A DNA stretch of 64,000 bases from Octopus sinensis (Eukaryota). Shown here piece after piece: positions 1-14,972 of this stretch (the stretch's first letter is position 1; every line of letters starts with the position of its first letter). The position numbers and the translations under genes were made by a program. The DNA is taken from contig NC_043004.1 of the NCBI RefSeq assembly GCF_006345805.1, forward strand, positions 80,724,001 to 80,788,000, written 5' to 3'. Below the pieces are notes generated by a model, which made no database searches, had not been told where the DNA came from, and was given only the letters and a program-made list of their open reading frames with translations.

Positions 1-530
1 GCCAGTAAGCAATTTTCCCACCATGCTCACCACTTTAATAATAATAATGGTAATAATAATAATAATCCTTTCTACTGGAAGCACAAGGCCTCAAATTTGG
101 AAGGAGGGATTAAGTCGATTACATTGACTCTAGTGTGTAACTAGTATTTATTTAATTAACCCCAAAAGGGTGGAAGGCAATGTCAACCTTGGTGGGATTT
201 GAACTCAGAACATGAAGATGGACAAAATACCTCAAAGCATTTTGCCCAGCATGTCCCCTTTATAATGATAATGATGATAATAATAATAATGATGATGATG
301 ATGATAGTAATCCTTTCTACTGGAAGCATGAGGCCTTTGATTTGGGTGAAGGGAGTCAGTCAGTTACATCGGGCCCCAATGTGTAACTGGTTCCTATTTA
401 ATTGACCCCGAAAGGATGAAAGGCAAAGTCGACCCACTGACAGAATTTGAACTCAGAACATGGCGCACACGAAATACTGCTAAACATTTTGCCCGGTATG
501 CTAACAATTCTGCTAGCTTGCCACCTTTAT
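1..530 (-). mobile_element. Head-to-tail SINE B copies separated by (AAT)/(GAT)n
   Basis: Seen: copies at about 60-260 and 310-530, plus a partial head at 1-30. Confidence 0.8.
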
Positions 531-1779
531 AATAATGATGATGATGATGACGATGACGAGGATGACAACAATCATTGATCCTAATTTGGGTACAAAACCC
601 ATTGGTGATTTATTCTCTCAACCCCTTGGATAGATAAAAGTCAGTAAATAGTGATCCTGGCAGAATTTGAACTCTGAACGTAAAGGAGTCAGAAATAAAT
701 ACCACAAGGTATTCTATCCAAACACTTTGTCCAATCAATTCAGCAAAGAAAATGAAAGCAAAAGAACACTTAGGTGTACAACATGAGATAAATTTCTCTG
801 AAATAAATAACAGGGCCCATGGTGAAGTTAGACACATTTGGTCATGGTAAAGATATGTGGTTGTGGTTGTTGTTTAGGCCAAGGCCAGTCTTCAATTACC
901 TTTGTATTTAAAGACATTCCACCCAGGACCTTGCCATTTATTAGGAAGCAATAAGACAGTGTTATCAAATGTGTCCATTTCACCCCACCCCCACAAAGAC
1001 AGCTGGTTGGAAAATTTGATGGAAGTTTGGTTATTATTATTTGATCATGTTCTTTTGGTGGTGGTCATGGAAGAGATGGCTTGGAGGGTGATCAGCATAT
1101 AGTTAGTATCACATAGATACATCACCATCATTTTGCCGTCATTGCCGCCACCATTAGTATCATAGCTGTCGCCATTACCGTCATCATTGTCAACACCACT
1201 ACCGTCATTATCGTCAATCAACATCACCACCACCACCATACCATTTCACAAACATCAACACTATCATCATCACCGCCATTTTCATCATCATCACCATTAC
1301 CACCAACCATCAACAACAGCATCATCATCATCATCAACACAACCATCACCATCATCGTCATCACCATTGTGGGGTTTAGCATCAACAGAATTGATTTTCT
1401 TACCGTTTTCTATTCTATGAAGTTGTTTACCAAGAGAAATAGCTTCTTCTCTGTGCGTGTGTAGTTGTGCGCCTGTGAGTACGTGTGTGTGTGTGTGTGT
1501 AGGCGTGCGTGTGTGTGAGAGGGGGGTAGCTGAGGGGGGAAGGGTTACAACCTCTCACCTTCATTACACAACATGCAGGTTTAACTTGTGACATTTTTAT
1601 ATCTTTATATGGAAATATATACGTGTATTTTTCATTTCTTTTCCTAGTCTGTGTGTGTGTGTGTGTTTGTCTAATTTTTTTATATTATCTGTGTGTGTGT
1701 GTGTATATGCAAATACCTGCATTTATACTTCATGTATGTGTGTGTATATGTATATATATATATACATACACACACACAC

Positions 1780-1842
<63 letters not shown>

Positions 1843-2474
1843 TATGTCTGTACATGTATATGTATACACACACATACACGCATATATATACAGAGAGAGA
1901 TTTATGTAGCTAAGTTTATGTCTGATCAGAGAGTTACCAATGGTTTTGCTTCCACATAGGACTTAGCTCCAAGGACAGCTCATCAGATTTTAAAGCTGAA
2001 GACAAATGCACATATATATATGTACATATATACACACACGCATAGATATACATATATATGGGTGTGTGTGTATATATCATCAGCTTCATCATTTCATTTA
2101 ATGCCCATTTTCGTTGCTGGCATGGGTTGGGCAGTTTGACAGGAATTGGTAAGGCTGTGGGATTACACTAGGCTCTATTGTTTGTTTTGGCATGGTTCCT
2201 CTGGCTAGGTGCCCTTCCAAATGCCTACCGCTTAACAGAGCATATCTATATGAGTACACACACACATACATACGTACATACATATATACACATATATATA
2301 ATATATATATAGATGCAGGAGTGGCTGTGTGGTAAGCAGCTTGCTTACCAACCCCATGGTTATGAGTTCAGTCCCACTGTGTGGCACCTTAGGCAAGTGT
2401 CTTCTACTATAGCTTCGGGCTGACCAAAGCCTTATGAGAGGATTTGGTTGATGGAAACTGAAAAAAGCCCTTCG

Positions 2475-2505
<31 letters not shown>

Positions 2506-2798
2506 TATGGGCTTATATATATATTATTGGAACTTAATCACAAGGTACAGGAATCTTATATGTATACCATTCTGGCTAAATAATGGAACTGAAGATAGAA
2601 TATCCCTGCATATCTCACGTCTATTTTCATTCCTCCACTTCACTCTCTATTTCATGAGCTGGCAAAATCATGAGCACGCCAAGCAAAAGGTTCAGCAGCA
2701 TTTTGTCTGTGTTTAGGTTCTGAGTTCAAATTCCACTGAGGTTGACATCTCCTCTCCCAAAATTTCAGCCCTTCAGCCTATTGTAGAAAAGCTAATTT

Positions 2799-2840
<42 letters not shown>

Positions 2841-4530
2841 AAATATATACATATACATATATACATATATATATATTTCTATATTTACGTGTGTGTGTTT
2901 ACATTAAACCTGAAAAATATGGAAGGTCATGGTTGGAAAGCCTTTAATCATGGCTCTCCTGTATAACAGCAAAGTAAAGACTAGTTACTAGTCTACATCA
3001 CTTGTTACTCTCTGTCTTTCTCCCCTTCTCTCCCACTCTCTTTCTTTTACACTTTCTCTTCTCTTTCTCCCTCACTCTCTCTTTGTTTCTCACCCTCTTT
3101 CATTCATTCTGTTTCACTCTGTCTCCCTCCATCTATACAAACATATCCTCCCTCCCTCTCTTTTCCTCCCTATCCTTGTCCCCTTATCTCTCCATTATCC
3201 CCTACTGTTCCCTTGCTATTTATTGCTGACTGTTGGCTGTACTGGTCCCCAACTATATATACACACACACACATAGAAACATGACTCACTTGTTACCATA
3301 ACAACAACAACAAAAGACAAAATTCATAGGAAGAAGCAGGAGGGTTGAGGTGTGTTGTAGAGGTGGGGTGGAGGCGCTTCGTTTCCAGCCCCACCCCTTT
3401 GCCTTTGCCATTCATTGTCTGGGTTCTTCAGTTGCCATAATAGACTGGAAGTTCCATTGCAGAACATACATGCACGTCTATTTGCACATCTGTATGCATG
3501 CATGTTGTGTGCACATGTATATAGGTTTAAGCATGGCTGTGTGGTAAGAAGCTTGCTTCCCAACCACATGGTTCTGGGTTCAGCCCCACTTCATGGAACC
3601 TTGGGCAAGTGTCTTCTACTATAATTTCGGGCTGACCAAAAGCCTTGCAAGTGGATTTGGCAGATGGAAACTAAAAGAAGACCATCACATGTGTGTGCAT
3701 GTGAGAATCTTTGTTTTCCTCCAGACCACTTGACCACAGGTGTTGGTGTGCTTACATCCCTGTAACTTAGCAGTTCGGCAAAAGGGATTGATAGAATAAC
3801 CGCCAGGCTTGAAACAAAATAAGTACCGGGGTTGATTCATTCAACTTAAAATTGTTTGAGGTGGTGCTCCAGCATGGCCACGGTTTCAAGATTCAAAGCA
3901 TTGCTAGGATTTTTTAACCATCGAATGGCCATGGGGGTCAGTCTGACTAAAATAGGAACCAAAGGGTTCTTAGGTAGAAAAATGGTTAAGAACCGCAGAG
4001 CTAGACAAACCTTCTCGAAGAATGTATTCTGCCACCAGATGCCTTCCTTGGCTCCAAACTTCATTTTCAGATAAAATCTCATCTCTGGTTTACACACAAC
4101 TAGCCTCCAAGATGTGGGTTGTGTTATCTTGTATCTTTTACTTGTTTCGTTGATTGCACTGTAGCCATGCTGGAGCCTTTTTTTTTTTTTTTGCACTTAT
4201 TGTATCTGTCACCTCTTGATACTTGTTCTATCTATTGTTTTGCCAAATCACTATATTAGGAGGACGTAACCAAACCAACACCAAGTGTCAAGCAGTGGTG
4301 TGGTACAAACACAAAGACCATACCAAATCAGACCGTCCAACCCATGCCAACAGGAACAACAGACATTAATTGGTGGCATAGGTTGTATGGGCTCCACTTG
4401 TCTGTTTGGGTAAGTTTTCTACAGCTGGATGCCCTTCCTAATGCCAACCACCTTAGAGAGTAGACTGGATGCTTTTTATGTGGCACCGTTACCAGTGCTT
4501 TTTACATGATGAGCTTCCACCAGTTATATA

Positions 4531-4561
<31 letters not shown>

Positions 4562-5125
4562 TATATGACAGGCTTCTTTCAGTTTCCGTCAACCAAATCC
4601 TCTCACAAGGGTTTGGCCTGAGGCCATAGAAGACACTTCTCCAAGGTGCAACTCGATGGGGGCTGAACCTGTAACATGTATATAGGTTCAAGCATGCCTG
4701 TATGGTAAGAAGCTTGCTTCCCAACTACATGGTTCTGGGTTCAGTCCCTCTTCATGGAAACCTTGAGCAAGTGTCTTCTACTGTAATCTCGGGTTGACCA
4801 AAGCCTTGTGAGTGGATTTGGTGGATGGAAACTGAAAGAAGACCATCCCATGTGAGTGCTTTTTTTTTCCCTCCAAGCCACTGACAACAACTAAAGGCAG
4901 TGCTTCAGCATGGCCGTAGTCAAATGACTGAAACAAATAAAAGAATATGCGTGTGTGTGTGTGTGTGTATCAATGTATAGATGTATGGTTCAAACCCTAT
5001 AGGTGGCTTTCTTTTAACACTATCTGAAAGGTACCGTTACTTACATCTAGATCTACATTTGAATGTGCGTGTGTGTGTATGGATATGTGCATGTTTGTAT
5101 GCATATATATATATATATGTATATG

Positions 5126-5170
<45 letters not shown>

Positions 5171-5437
5171 TATATGTATGTATATATGTATATATACTTG
5201 GTTATGTATGTGTATAAGTAAATATGTAGACATATCGATATGTGTGTATATATATATGTGTGTGTGCGTGTGTATGTGGGTATGTATGTGTGTGTGTGTG
5301 AGTGTATGGGTGTATGTCTGTATGTATGTATGTTTTCTGTATGTATGTGTGTAGGTATGTATGCATGTGTGTATGTGTGTAAGTGTGTGTGCATGTATGT
5401 AGGTATGTATGTGTGCGCGCGTGCACACATATCGATA

Positions 5438-5471
<34 letters not shown>

Positions 5472-5516
5472 CTGTACAATATACTCATACTGGTTAAGTG
5501 TGTATATGAGTTTATA

Positions 5517-5549
<33 letters not shown>

Positions 5550-5919
5550 TGTGTGCACTTGTATAATGAAATAAGTAAAATAAGGACAATGATGAAGCAA
5601 AAAAGGGAGGGGAAACTCCAATTGTCATGGAAACCATACTTTTTCTAAACTCAGATTTTTACATCTGTCAGGATTTTGTGTGATTACTGAATGTGCATAA
5701 AGACCCCTCCCTCACTTCTCCCCACCTTCTCCCTCATTTTCCCCCCATTTCTCTCTCTCTCTCTCTCTCTTACCATCTCACTCCCTCCCTCCCTCCCACC
5801 CTATCCCTAATCTTACATATGTGTCCGTGTGTGTCTACTTGATCTACAGTCATGTTTTATTTTAATTCCTAATAATAAACTCAATAATTCGTGTTGTAGA
5901 TTATATTATATGTAGATAT

Positions 5920-5989
<70 letters not shown>

Positions 5990-8149
5990 CATTATATATA
6001 TATATATATATATGTACATATATACACACACACATATATATACACATGTATATTATATATATAGACATTATATATAATATTTATTATATATACATACATA
6101 TATATATAGACATATATATATATTTATTTATATATATATATATAGATATATATATATATACACATATATACATATATATACGTGTACATACACATATATA
6201 TATATAGATATATATATACATACACACATATGTATATACACAGACACATACACACACATATATATATATATATACATACACACACACATATATATATATA
6301 TACATACACACGCACACACATATACACTCACGTATATGTACACACACACACACCCACTCCTACATCCTCTTCACCTCTCTCTCTCTCTCATGTGTTGTGT
6401 ATATATATATATAATAACAATAATAATAATAACAATAATAATAATAACAATAATAATAATGATAATAATAATAATAATAATAATAACAATAATAACAACA
6501 ATAATACACTGCGTCCTTTGCAGGCCAGCAATACTGGTTTCTACATGTTTCGACACACTAATAACATCCAGATCTATCGGACATTTATCGAACTACTTAT
6601 CCTACACCAACAATCTCTCGTCATTCACTCTCTTACATTTCTCACACAATAAACAATACAACTCTTTTTTTGTTGTTGTTGTTGTTGTTGTTTTTTCTTC
6701 AATTTTAGTTTTATATTTTTTATTATTTTTTTTTTGTTTAGGGTTTGTTTTTTTTTTTTAAGCTTTCAGTACTTGGAAAAAGGTCTGTTTGACTTCAGTC
6801 TTTGTGCTGTGCTCGTATGAGCCTACACGGTCATACGCATTCGCAAAATTGCTTACACACTCTCATGTTGAAGCACGGACGTATACATACATACATACAT
6901 GCATGCATTCATTCATTCATTCATACATACGCACGCACATATGTACAGATGTGTTTAAGAATGAACATCGCTTAATGTTTCAGTAAACACACACACCACA
7001 CACACACATACAAGCATATATTCACATTCTTGTGCTGGTAAAGTATGGACTCATACAGACAGACATACACGCATACATCTATACGTATGAGCTGACGCGT
7101 AAACATGCATTTGCACATGCATTTGCACAAATGCATGTGGTCATGAATACATGTTGTAGAATCAGTAATAGTAGTAGCAGCAGTGGTGGTGGTAATAGTA
7201 GTAGTAGTATGGTGGTATGGACTGTAACTCTACGTCGCTGCATCTACCATTTGTAGGTGATTCCCTACTTATTGCTGACGGATGGCACCTTTGCCCCACT
7301 CGGGTGACAACCCAGCAACCCATGGGTGTGTTTTGGGCAGTCGCTGGTGAGGGTTTTATAAGGTCGGACTAGTCACTTTTTACAGCATACAGAGGAAACT
7401 TTAAGTTCATTCTTTGGCATGCCAGTCCCCACACATGGTTGTGGGTTCAGTCTCACTGCGTGGCACCTTGGACAGATGTCTTTTACTACGACCTCGGGTT
7501 GACCAGAGCCTTACAAGTGGATTTAGTAGACGGAAACTGAAAGAAGCCTGTGATGATAGATAGACAGAGAAATAGATGGATGGATGGACAGACGGACGGA
7601 CAAATGGGCAGACAGGGGGACATATATTATCCACTGACCTTACTTCCTAGGTTCATTAGCAACATTTCTAAAACTTTCTTGTAAAAACAATTGCAACTTA
7701 ATTGTCTCTGTTGATTGGTCATTATCTTTATAAATTAAAACATCCTGATCAGATAAGTGGATTAAGTAGCTTAAGATAATCCATCTTAAGGGTTCAAGAT
7801 AGGGTTTGAACTTACAATTTATGGAACCTTGTTTAGTTCAGTATTAACCCGATATCTACATTTCAACACATACATATTATTTCCATATATTAATGGTATT
7901 GTTGTTTAACCCCAGGTCAACCTTGTTTTAGTAGACATATGATCACAGATGTTTTCAGACTATCATGTACTTTTTCTTCACACACACATGCACGCGCGCT
8001 TAACTGCAGCTCTTTGTGGCGCAAGGCAATATATGCAATTTATGTGGGTGTCTTTTCAAAACATTGCCTGGTTTAAAAAGCCACATCAGATGCCATAAGG
8101 TGTAGGTACAGGAGGTGGTCAAACTCTGCATAAAAAATGGACAACAATC

Positions 8150-8188
<39 letters not shown>

Positions 8189-9057
8189 GGTGTATATATG
8201 TGTATATATATATATATATGGGTGTATATATATGTATATATATATATATGGGTGTATATATATATGTATATATATATATATATGGTGTATATATAGTAGG
8301 TAGACTTAGGAAAAGGTGGAGGGGCAATGTGGGGGAGCAGGTTGGAGGGTTGGTTTGAAAAAGGGGGGTGCCCAAAACCTGGTGAGATGGTGTGAGTGGG
8401 CAGTTGCTATGCCATTGAGGTAGACCCAGCCACCCCCATTAACAGGGATAAAACCCAGATTTAAAACACTAATGATGATGGTGATGATATATACATATAT
8501 ATAACAGTTGAAATTTACAGAAAAACAGAAGACAAAGGCATATATAATATGTATGTATATGCAGGCATAGCTGTGTGGGAAGAAGCTTACTTTCCAATCA
8601 TTTTGTTCTGGCTGGCACCATGGGCAAGTCTCTTCTATTGTAGCCTTGGGCTGACCAAAGCCTTGTAAACGAATTTGGTAGACGGAAACTGAAAGGATCC
8701 CATCGTATATATATATGTATGTGCATTTTTCCCATGTGTACAAATAATATGGAAAAAATAAATAAATAGTTACCAGGGTACCAACTTCATGTAAGTGCCA
8801 GGTAGAGCTCCAGGGTTTAGTGAAATGTTTTTGTATCACATAGATAGATTAAGAAAAGGAGTTAGATGCAGGTGTTATTCAAATCTTTATACTTCCAACA
8901 TATGTTTCGAAGAAAACATTGGTATTATTCCTGAGGGAATAAAATTATGTAAAACAATGTGATCTTCTCACGGAAAAAAAGAGAAACAAAACACGTCAAT
9001 AAGCCATTTTAAGCAAATGTGATTATATGTATATATATACTTATATATCATCGTGAA

Positions 9058-9395
9058 GGCACATGGCTTAGTGGTTAGAGCATCGACCTTACGATCATGA
9101 GGTTGTGAGTTCGATTCCCAGACCGAACTGCGTGTTGTGTTCTTGAACAAGACTCTTTATTTCACATTGCTCCAGTTCACTCAGCTGTAGAAATGAGTTT
9201 TTATGTCACTGGTGCCAAGCTGTATCAGCCCCTTTTCTTTTCCCTTGGATAGCATTGGTGGCATGGGGGGGGGGGCGAGTATGCATGGGTGACTGCTGGT
9301 CTTCCATAAACAACCTTGCCCGGACTTGTGCCTTGGAGGGTAACTTTCTAGGTGCTATCCCATGGTTAGTCATGACTGAAGGGATCACCCTCACC
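9058..9395 (+). mobile_element. SINE family C copy
   Basis: Seen: colinear with 54038-54378, with A box TGGCTTAGTGG and B box AGTTCGATTCC. Confidence 0.85.
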
Positions 9396-10702
9396 CGAAG
9401 TAATCGTTATCATCACCTGTCTTCCATGCTGTTATGGGTTGAACTGTTTGACAGTTGCTGGCAAGCCTGAGGGTTGCACCAAACCCCACTGAATGAAAAC
9501 GAAATAGTTGAGAAATGAACTTCTTACAACCTATAGCCATGATGGCATTGGCAGTGGTGGTGGTGGTGGTGGTAGTAGTAGTGTGTGTATGCTGTGGTGA
9601 TGGTGGTCGCAGTGGTATGTTGTGATGGTGGTGGTGGTAGTATATTGTGGTAGTGTTGGTAGGGGGTTGCAACAGTAGCATAGCTGTTGTTGTTGTTGTT
9701 GCTGGTGGTGGTGGTGGTGGTGGTGATGTCGTTGTTTGTGGCAGATGTGGTGGTTGTGGTCAAAGTAGCAGCGTCAGTGTTGCTAGTGATGGCACACCAT
9801 GATGGTAATGCAGTGATAGCAGTAGTATAGGTGGCAGTAGTGGTGGTGGTGGTGATGTAGTATTGCTGTTGCTGAAGATGTTCTCTTCTGCTGGTAATTG
9901 TGTGGTGGTGGTGGTGGTGGTGGTGCCATTGTTACTCCGTTGTCATGGTGGTGGTGTTGCTGTTGTTGTTGTTGGTTGTGGTGGTGGTGATGGTGGCTGC
10001 AGTGGTAGTGTTTTTTGTTCAGAGTTTACCATAATACTTTGATCTCGTGCTAATTCTTTACTGATCTGTCTCAGATATTCTACACACACTTCAAAAATAT
10101 ATTAACCAATAATAGCACCAGTAAAGAAGGGAAAAAAAAATGCAGTAAAGTTACCATATTCCACCCCCACCCCACCCCACCCTCTCTCTCTCGTTAATTC
10201 TTTGGGAGACGGAAAAAATATAAAACCATTTCTAAAGAGACATACATAAATGATATAATTGATTTCATTAAACAACATGCTTAATCCAATGCCCACCCCT
10301 ACATCAATCAATCCATCCAACCTCATCCTCGTCTTCATCTTCTTGCATCTCTCTCCATGTTGCTGGCATTTTCCCACCCCATCCCCAAGCCACCCCATCG
10401 CCTTTATATTTACTGTCTGTCTGGCTGCCTGATATTTCAGAATATAAAATATTTCAAAATTCTAATAAAAAATCCAACATTCTCTTTCTTTCTTTCTTTC
10501 TCTCTTTCTTTCTCTCTTCCTTCCTTTTCTTTCTTCTTTGTGGCATGTCACAAAAAAAAAAAAATTCATAAATTCTTCCTTCCATCTTGATTTTGGTTCC
10601 ACTTCTCTTTCTCCACCCTCTCTATCTTGTGTCATACGTGTGTGTGTATATGTGTGTATCTGTATGTGTATATATATGTATATATGAACATATGTATATA
10701 TG

Positions 10703-10746
<44 letters not shown>

Positions 10747-11253
10747 TGTGTGTGTGTGTATATGTATATATGTTTGTGTATGTATATCTATATATCATCA
10801 TCATTTAACATTCGTTGTCCATGCTGGCATGGGTTGGACAGTTTGACTGGGCTGGCACACTGGAAGGCTGCGCCAGACTCCAGTCTGATCTGGCATGGTT
10901 GTATATATATATGTGTGTTTGTGTGCGGGTATGTTTGTGCATCTGTGTTTGTTCCCCCACCATTGCTTGATAACCAATGTTAGTGTGTTTCTGTCCCTCG
11001 TAACTTAGCAGTTCAGCAAGAGAGGGCGATAGAATAAGTACTAGGCTTACAAAGAATCAGTCGTGGGGTTGATTTGTTCAACTAAAAGCAGCACTCCAGT
11101 AATGGCTTTAATATGTGTTGTGGGAAAGGCATCCCTCTGTAGACGCCAAACCGAAATGGGAGAAAAAGAAGACAAAAAGAAACAAATGAAGAGAACAAAG
11201 AAACAAATAAATCTGTTCTCCACAGACAAAACCATTTAAAAAAAATAATCATT

Positions 11254-11635
11254 CTAACTCTTTAGCAGTTAAACCAGCCATATCCAACCTGAATATTTTG
11301 TTTGTTTATGTTCAAACCAGCAAGATCTGACCTTTCATACCTAACCTGCAATGTCATTCTAAAAATGCAACAATCACTATATTGACCTTTCAAAGCTACA
11401 AGTTAATCTTTTCTACACGAGGCACAAGGCCTGAAATTTTTTGGTGGCAGGGTGCCAGTCGATTACATCGACCCCAATACACAACTGGTACTTAATTTAT
11501 CAACCCCGAAAGGATGAAAGGCAAAGTCGACTTTGGCGGAATTTGGAAAGCTACAAGATAATGCATAATTAATTGAAAACAATATAAATAAACAAGCATT
11601 ACTTTTGATAGGGTAGTCTGATTGCTAAGGGTCAA
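11254..11635. mobile_element. TTAACCCTTTAGCA-type MITE, split by a SINE
   Basis: Seen: decayed TIRs CTAACTCTTTAGCA / TGCTAAGGGTCAA. A related partial copy lies at about 15574-15740. Confidence 0.55.
11403..11546 (-). mobile_element. 5'-truncated SINE B with 11-bp TSD
   Basis: Seen: aaagctacaag at 11392-11402 and 11547-11557. Confidence 0.85.
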
Positions 11636-11892
11636 ACAATAGTTAACAAATGACTAAGAGGAGGGGGGGCATTTGAGCAGTTTTGGGAACAGCCTTTCTA
11701 ATTTGCTGTAAAGTGGTTGGTGACAGGAAAGGCACCCAGCTGTAAAAACTGTGTTGGAATCCTTGTGGTAGACCCCACTGACTGGTTACATGATTGTTGC
11801 TTTGTTTTCTGTCTGAGATGGTGAGAGACCATGGTGAACAGAACAGTCATAGGCTGTGCCTCCCATAGCCCATGTCAGTACATATATATGTG

Positions 11893-11927
<35 letters not shown>

Positions 11928-11958
11928 ATGTATATATATATATATGTATATGTGTGTG

Positions 11959-11991
<33 letters not shown>

Positions 11992-12099
11992 ATATATATG
12001 TGTGTGTATATATATATATATTATATATGTGTGTGTGTATATATATATGTATATGTATATATATAGATATATGTTTGTATATATATATGTATATGTGTT

Positions 12100-12142
<43 letters not shown>

Positions 12143-12246
12143 ATGTGTATATATATATTATATATATGTGTATATATGTGTGTATATGCATATGTGTATA
12201 ATATATGTATATGGTGTATATATATATATGTATGTATATATATATA

Positions 12247-12291
<45 letters not shown>

Positions 12292-12491
12292 CTCTCTCTC
12301 TTTCGGAGAGGCACAAGACCTACACACCCGGCAGTAACTTCCGCCTACCGAATTCAATCACAAAGCTTATATATGAATATGTGTATATACAATGCATGCA
12401 TTTGTATATATGCATATTCATATGTATATGTGTATGTATATACATAAATGTGTATATATAGATATATATATATCTAACCATATTGGTGCAA

Positions 12492-12720
12492 GGCGGCGAG
12501 CTGGCAGAAACGTTAGCACACCGGGCGAAATGCGTAGCCGTATTTCGTCTGCCGTTACGTCCTGAGTTCAAATTCCGCCGAGGTCGACTTTGCCTTTCAT
12601 CTTTCGGGGTCGATTAAATAAGTACCAGTTACCCACTGGGTCGATGTAATCGACTTAATCCGTTTGTCTGTCCTTGTTTGTCCCCTCTGTGTTTAGCCCC
12701 TTGTGGGTAGTAAAGAAATA
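12492..12720 (+). mobile_element. Best-preserved copy of SINE family B (GGCGGCGAGCTGGCAGAA head, GCCTTTCATCCTTTCGGGGTCGAT core)
   Basis: Seen: about 20 further copies or fragments in the window (e.g. 2665, 16840, 21465, 35272, 48772, 58013). The core resembles the Deu/Nin-type SINE domain from memory, unverified. Confidence 0.85.
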
Positions 12721-13295
12721 ATATATATATTTGTGTGTGTGTATGTATTGATGTATATGTACACATATGCATACGTGTGCACAAACATACATGCACATAT
12801 CATCATCATCATAATCCAGACATTAAAGGATGATGATGATGATGGTGGTGGTGATGATGATTGTGTGTGTGTTCACGTGTGCACTTGTATCTATATGAAT
12901 ATTTCAGTGTCACATGAAAAGATGGAGAGAGACAGCCACAAAATCTCTGCTTAAATAAATAAAACAAACAAACGAACGAACAAAAAAAGGACGTCCACAA
13001 TCAAAACACATCATCTTTACACAACTGTCTTCCACTTGCATTCACACACACACACAGCACCCATGCGCATACAGCATCTGTACACATACATATGCAATTA
13101 GGTATCCACACACACGTACACACACACACATATATATATATATAGATAGATAGATAGATACATATATATATAGATATGTATATATATTTAGTATTTCTAT
13201 TACTATTCTATATATCTCATACTCTTTCTCTTTCTCTCTCTCCTTCTTTCTTTCTCCTACCTACTTCCTTTCTTTCTCTTTCTCTCTCTTGTGTT

Positions 13296-13331
<36 letters not shown>

Positions 13332-14354
13332 CATTTCAAAAATGCATACATGCGCACAAAATGCATTTGTGCCATCGACTGCATGTTGGCGCTACCATTA
13401 TGGAAAGTAGGACACCTCTCTCTCCTTCTCTCTCCCTCCCTCTCACCCTCCCTCTCTCTCCCTCTCACCCTCCCTTTCTCTCCTTCTCTCTCTCCCTCAC
13501 ACCCTCCCTCTCTCTCCTTCTTCTCTCTCCCTCTCACCCTCCCTTTCTCTCCTTCTCTCTCTCCCTCTCCTTCTTTTCCTCTGCCTCTCTCTCTCTTTCT
13601 CTCGTATTTATCGAAGACCAAACCTATTCACAAATCAATGACTCGACTACTTTTGCATTGCGAGTCTTATTTCGAGTCTTTAACACCACTGGTTTGTCTT
13701 TGTCATTGCTGCTGCCGCTGCTGCTGCTGCTTCTATCACTGCCGCCATCGCTGCTGTTGCTGCATCCATATCTACTACCAACTAGTAGGCTCCTGTTGCT
13801 GCTTTTTACAATGCAGCAGTGACTGCTGCTACTGTTGCTGCTGCTGCTACTACTACAACAACTACTACTACTGCTGGCCGCTGCTGCTACTACATATCTT
13901 CCTTAAAAACTATCTTTACTGATTATGATGGTTGTTATCTAACCATATTGGTGCAATATCTGTCTTTCTGCTACCAACAAACACTTTTTCATTCTGTTTC
14001 TTTGTATTTTTTTTGTTGTTTTTGGTTGCTGTTGTGTTTTTTTGTTTTTTTGGAGGGTATTTTTTGTACTTTGTACTTTCCTCATCTTCTATATATATAT
14101 TTTGCATGTTTTTGTGGTTCTTTATCCTCCTCATCCTTGTATATCCTGCCTCCCTTCCAACCTTCCATTCTACCCCTATCTTCTTCTGCCAATCATTTCT
14201 ATCCATCTTTTTACCTTCTAACTCTCTCTCTCTCTCTCTCTTTCTCTGCTTATCTCTCTCTATCAAGCCATCAGTCTCTCTTTCTCCCTATATCTATCTC
14301 TTTATCTATTTACCCCTCTCTATTTCTCTCTTGTACACAACTTGCTCTAAATTA

Positions 14355-14385
<31 letters not shown>

Positions 14386-14565
14386 CCTCTCTACCTACCT
14401 ATTTGTGTATCTCTATCCATGTCTATCATTTTATCTTTCTTTCTATTTCTATACCTGTCTATTTTTATATCTATATACCCATTTGTGCTTCTATCTATAT
14501 ACCTCTCTGTTTATTTATATATATATATATATATATATCTGCCTATTTGCCTTTCTCCATCCCTC

Positions 14566-14604
<39 letters not shown>

Positions 14605-14744
14605 CTCTCTCCATATATATATATATATATATATACACAACATCTATGTGTATGTATATATTATCATCATCATCATCGTTCAGCTTCTGCCTTCCCTTCT
14701 GGCATGGGTTGGGACAGTTTGACAGAAGCTGTCTATTTATGTTA

Positions 14745-14790
<46 letters not shown>

Positions 14791-14937
14791 TATTATGTGT
14801 CTATTCTTCTCTATACCTTTTGTCTTTCTATCCGTATACATTCCTGTCTACCTATACATATGTGCATCAATCTATTATTTATCTGCATATCTGTCCTTTT
14901 ATCTGCCCCCATCTTTCTCTCTGCTCTCTTCCCACCT

Positions 14938-14972
<35 letters not shown>

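Noticed and set aside
6535-8975. Two Penelope-like GAAACATGTA / GAAACATATGTT signatures on - strand (about 6545 and 8905)
   Set aside because: The CUGANGA box is broken in both and stems are incomplete. Possibly old PLE remnants but not callable.
13600-13920. CAG/CTG-rich segment as the first exon or signal peptide of glypican
   Set aside because: No ATG-initiated signal peptide with a donor. Open frames on both strands are explained by trinucleotide repeats.
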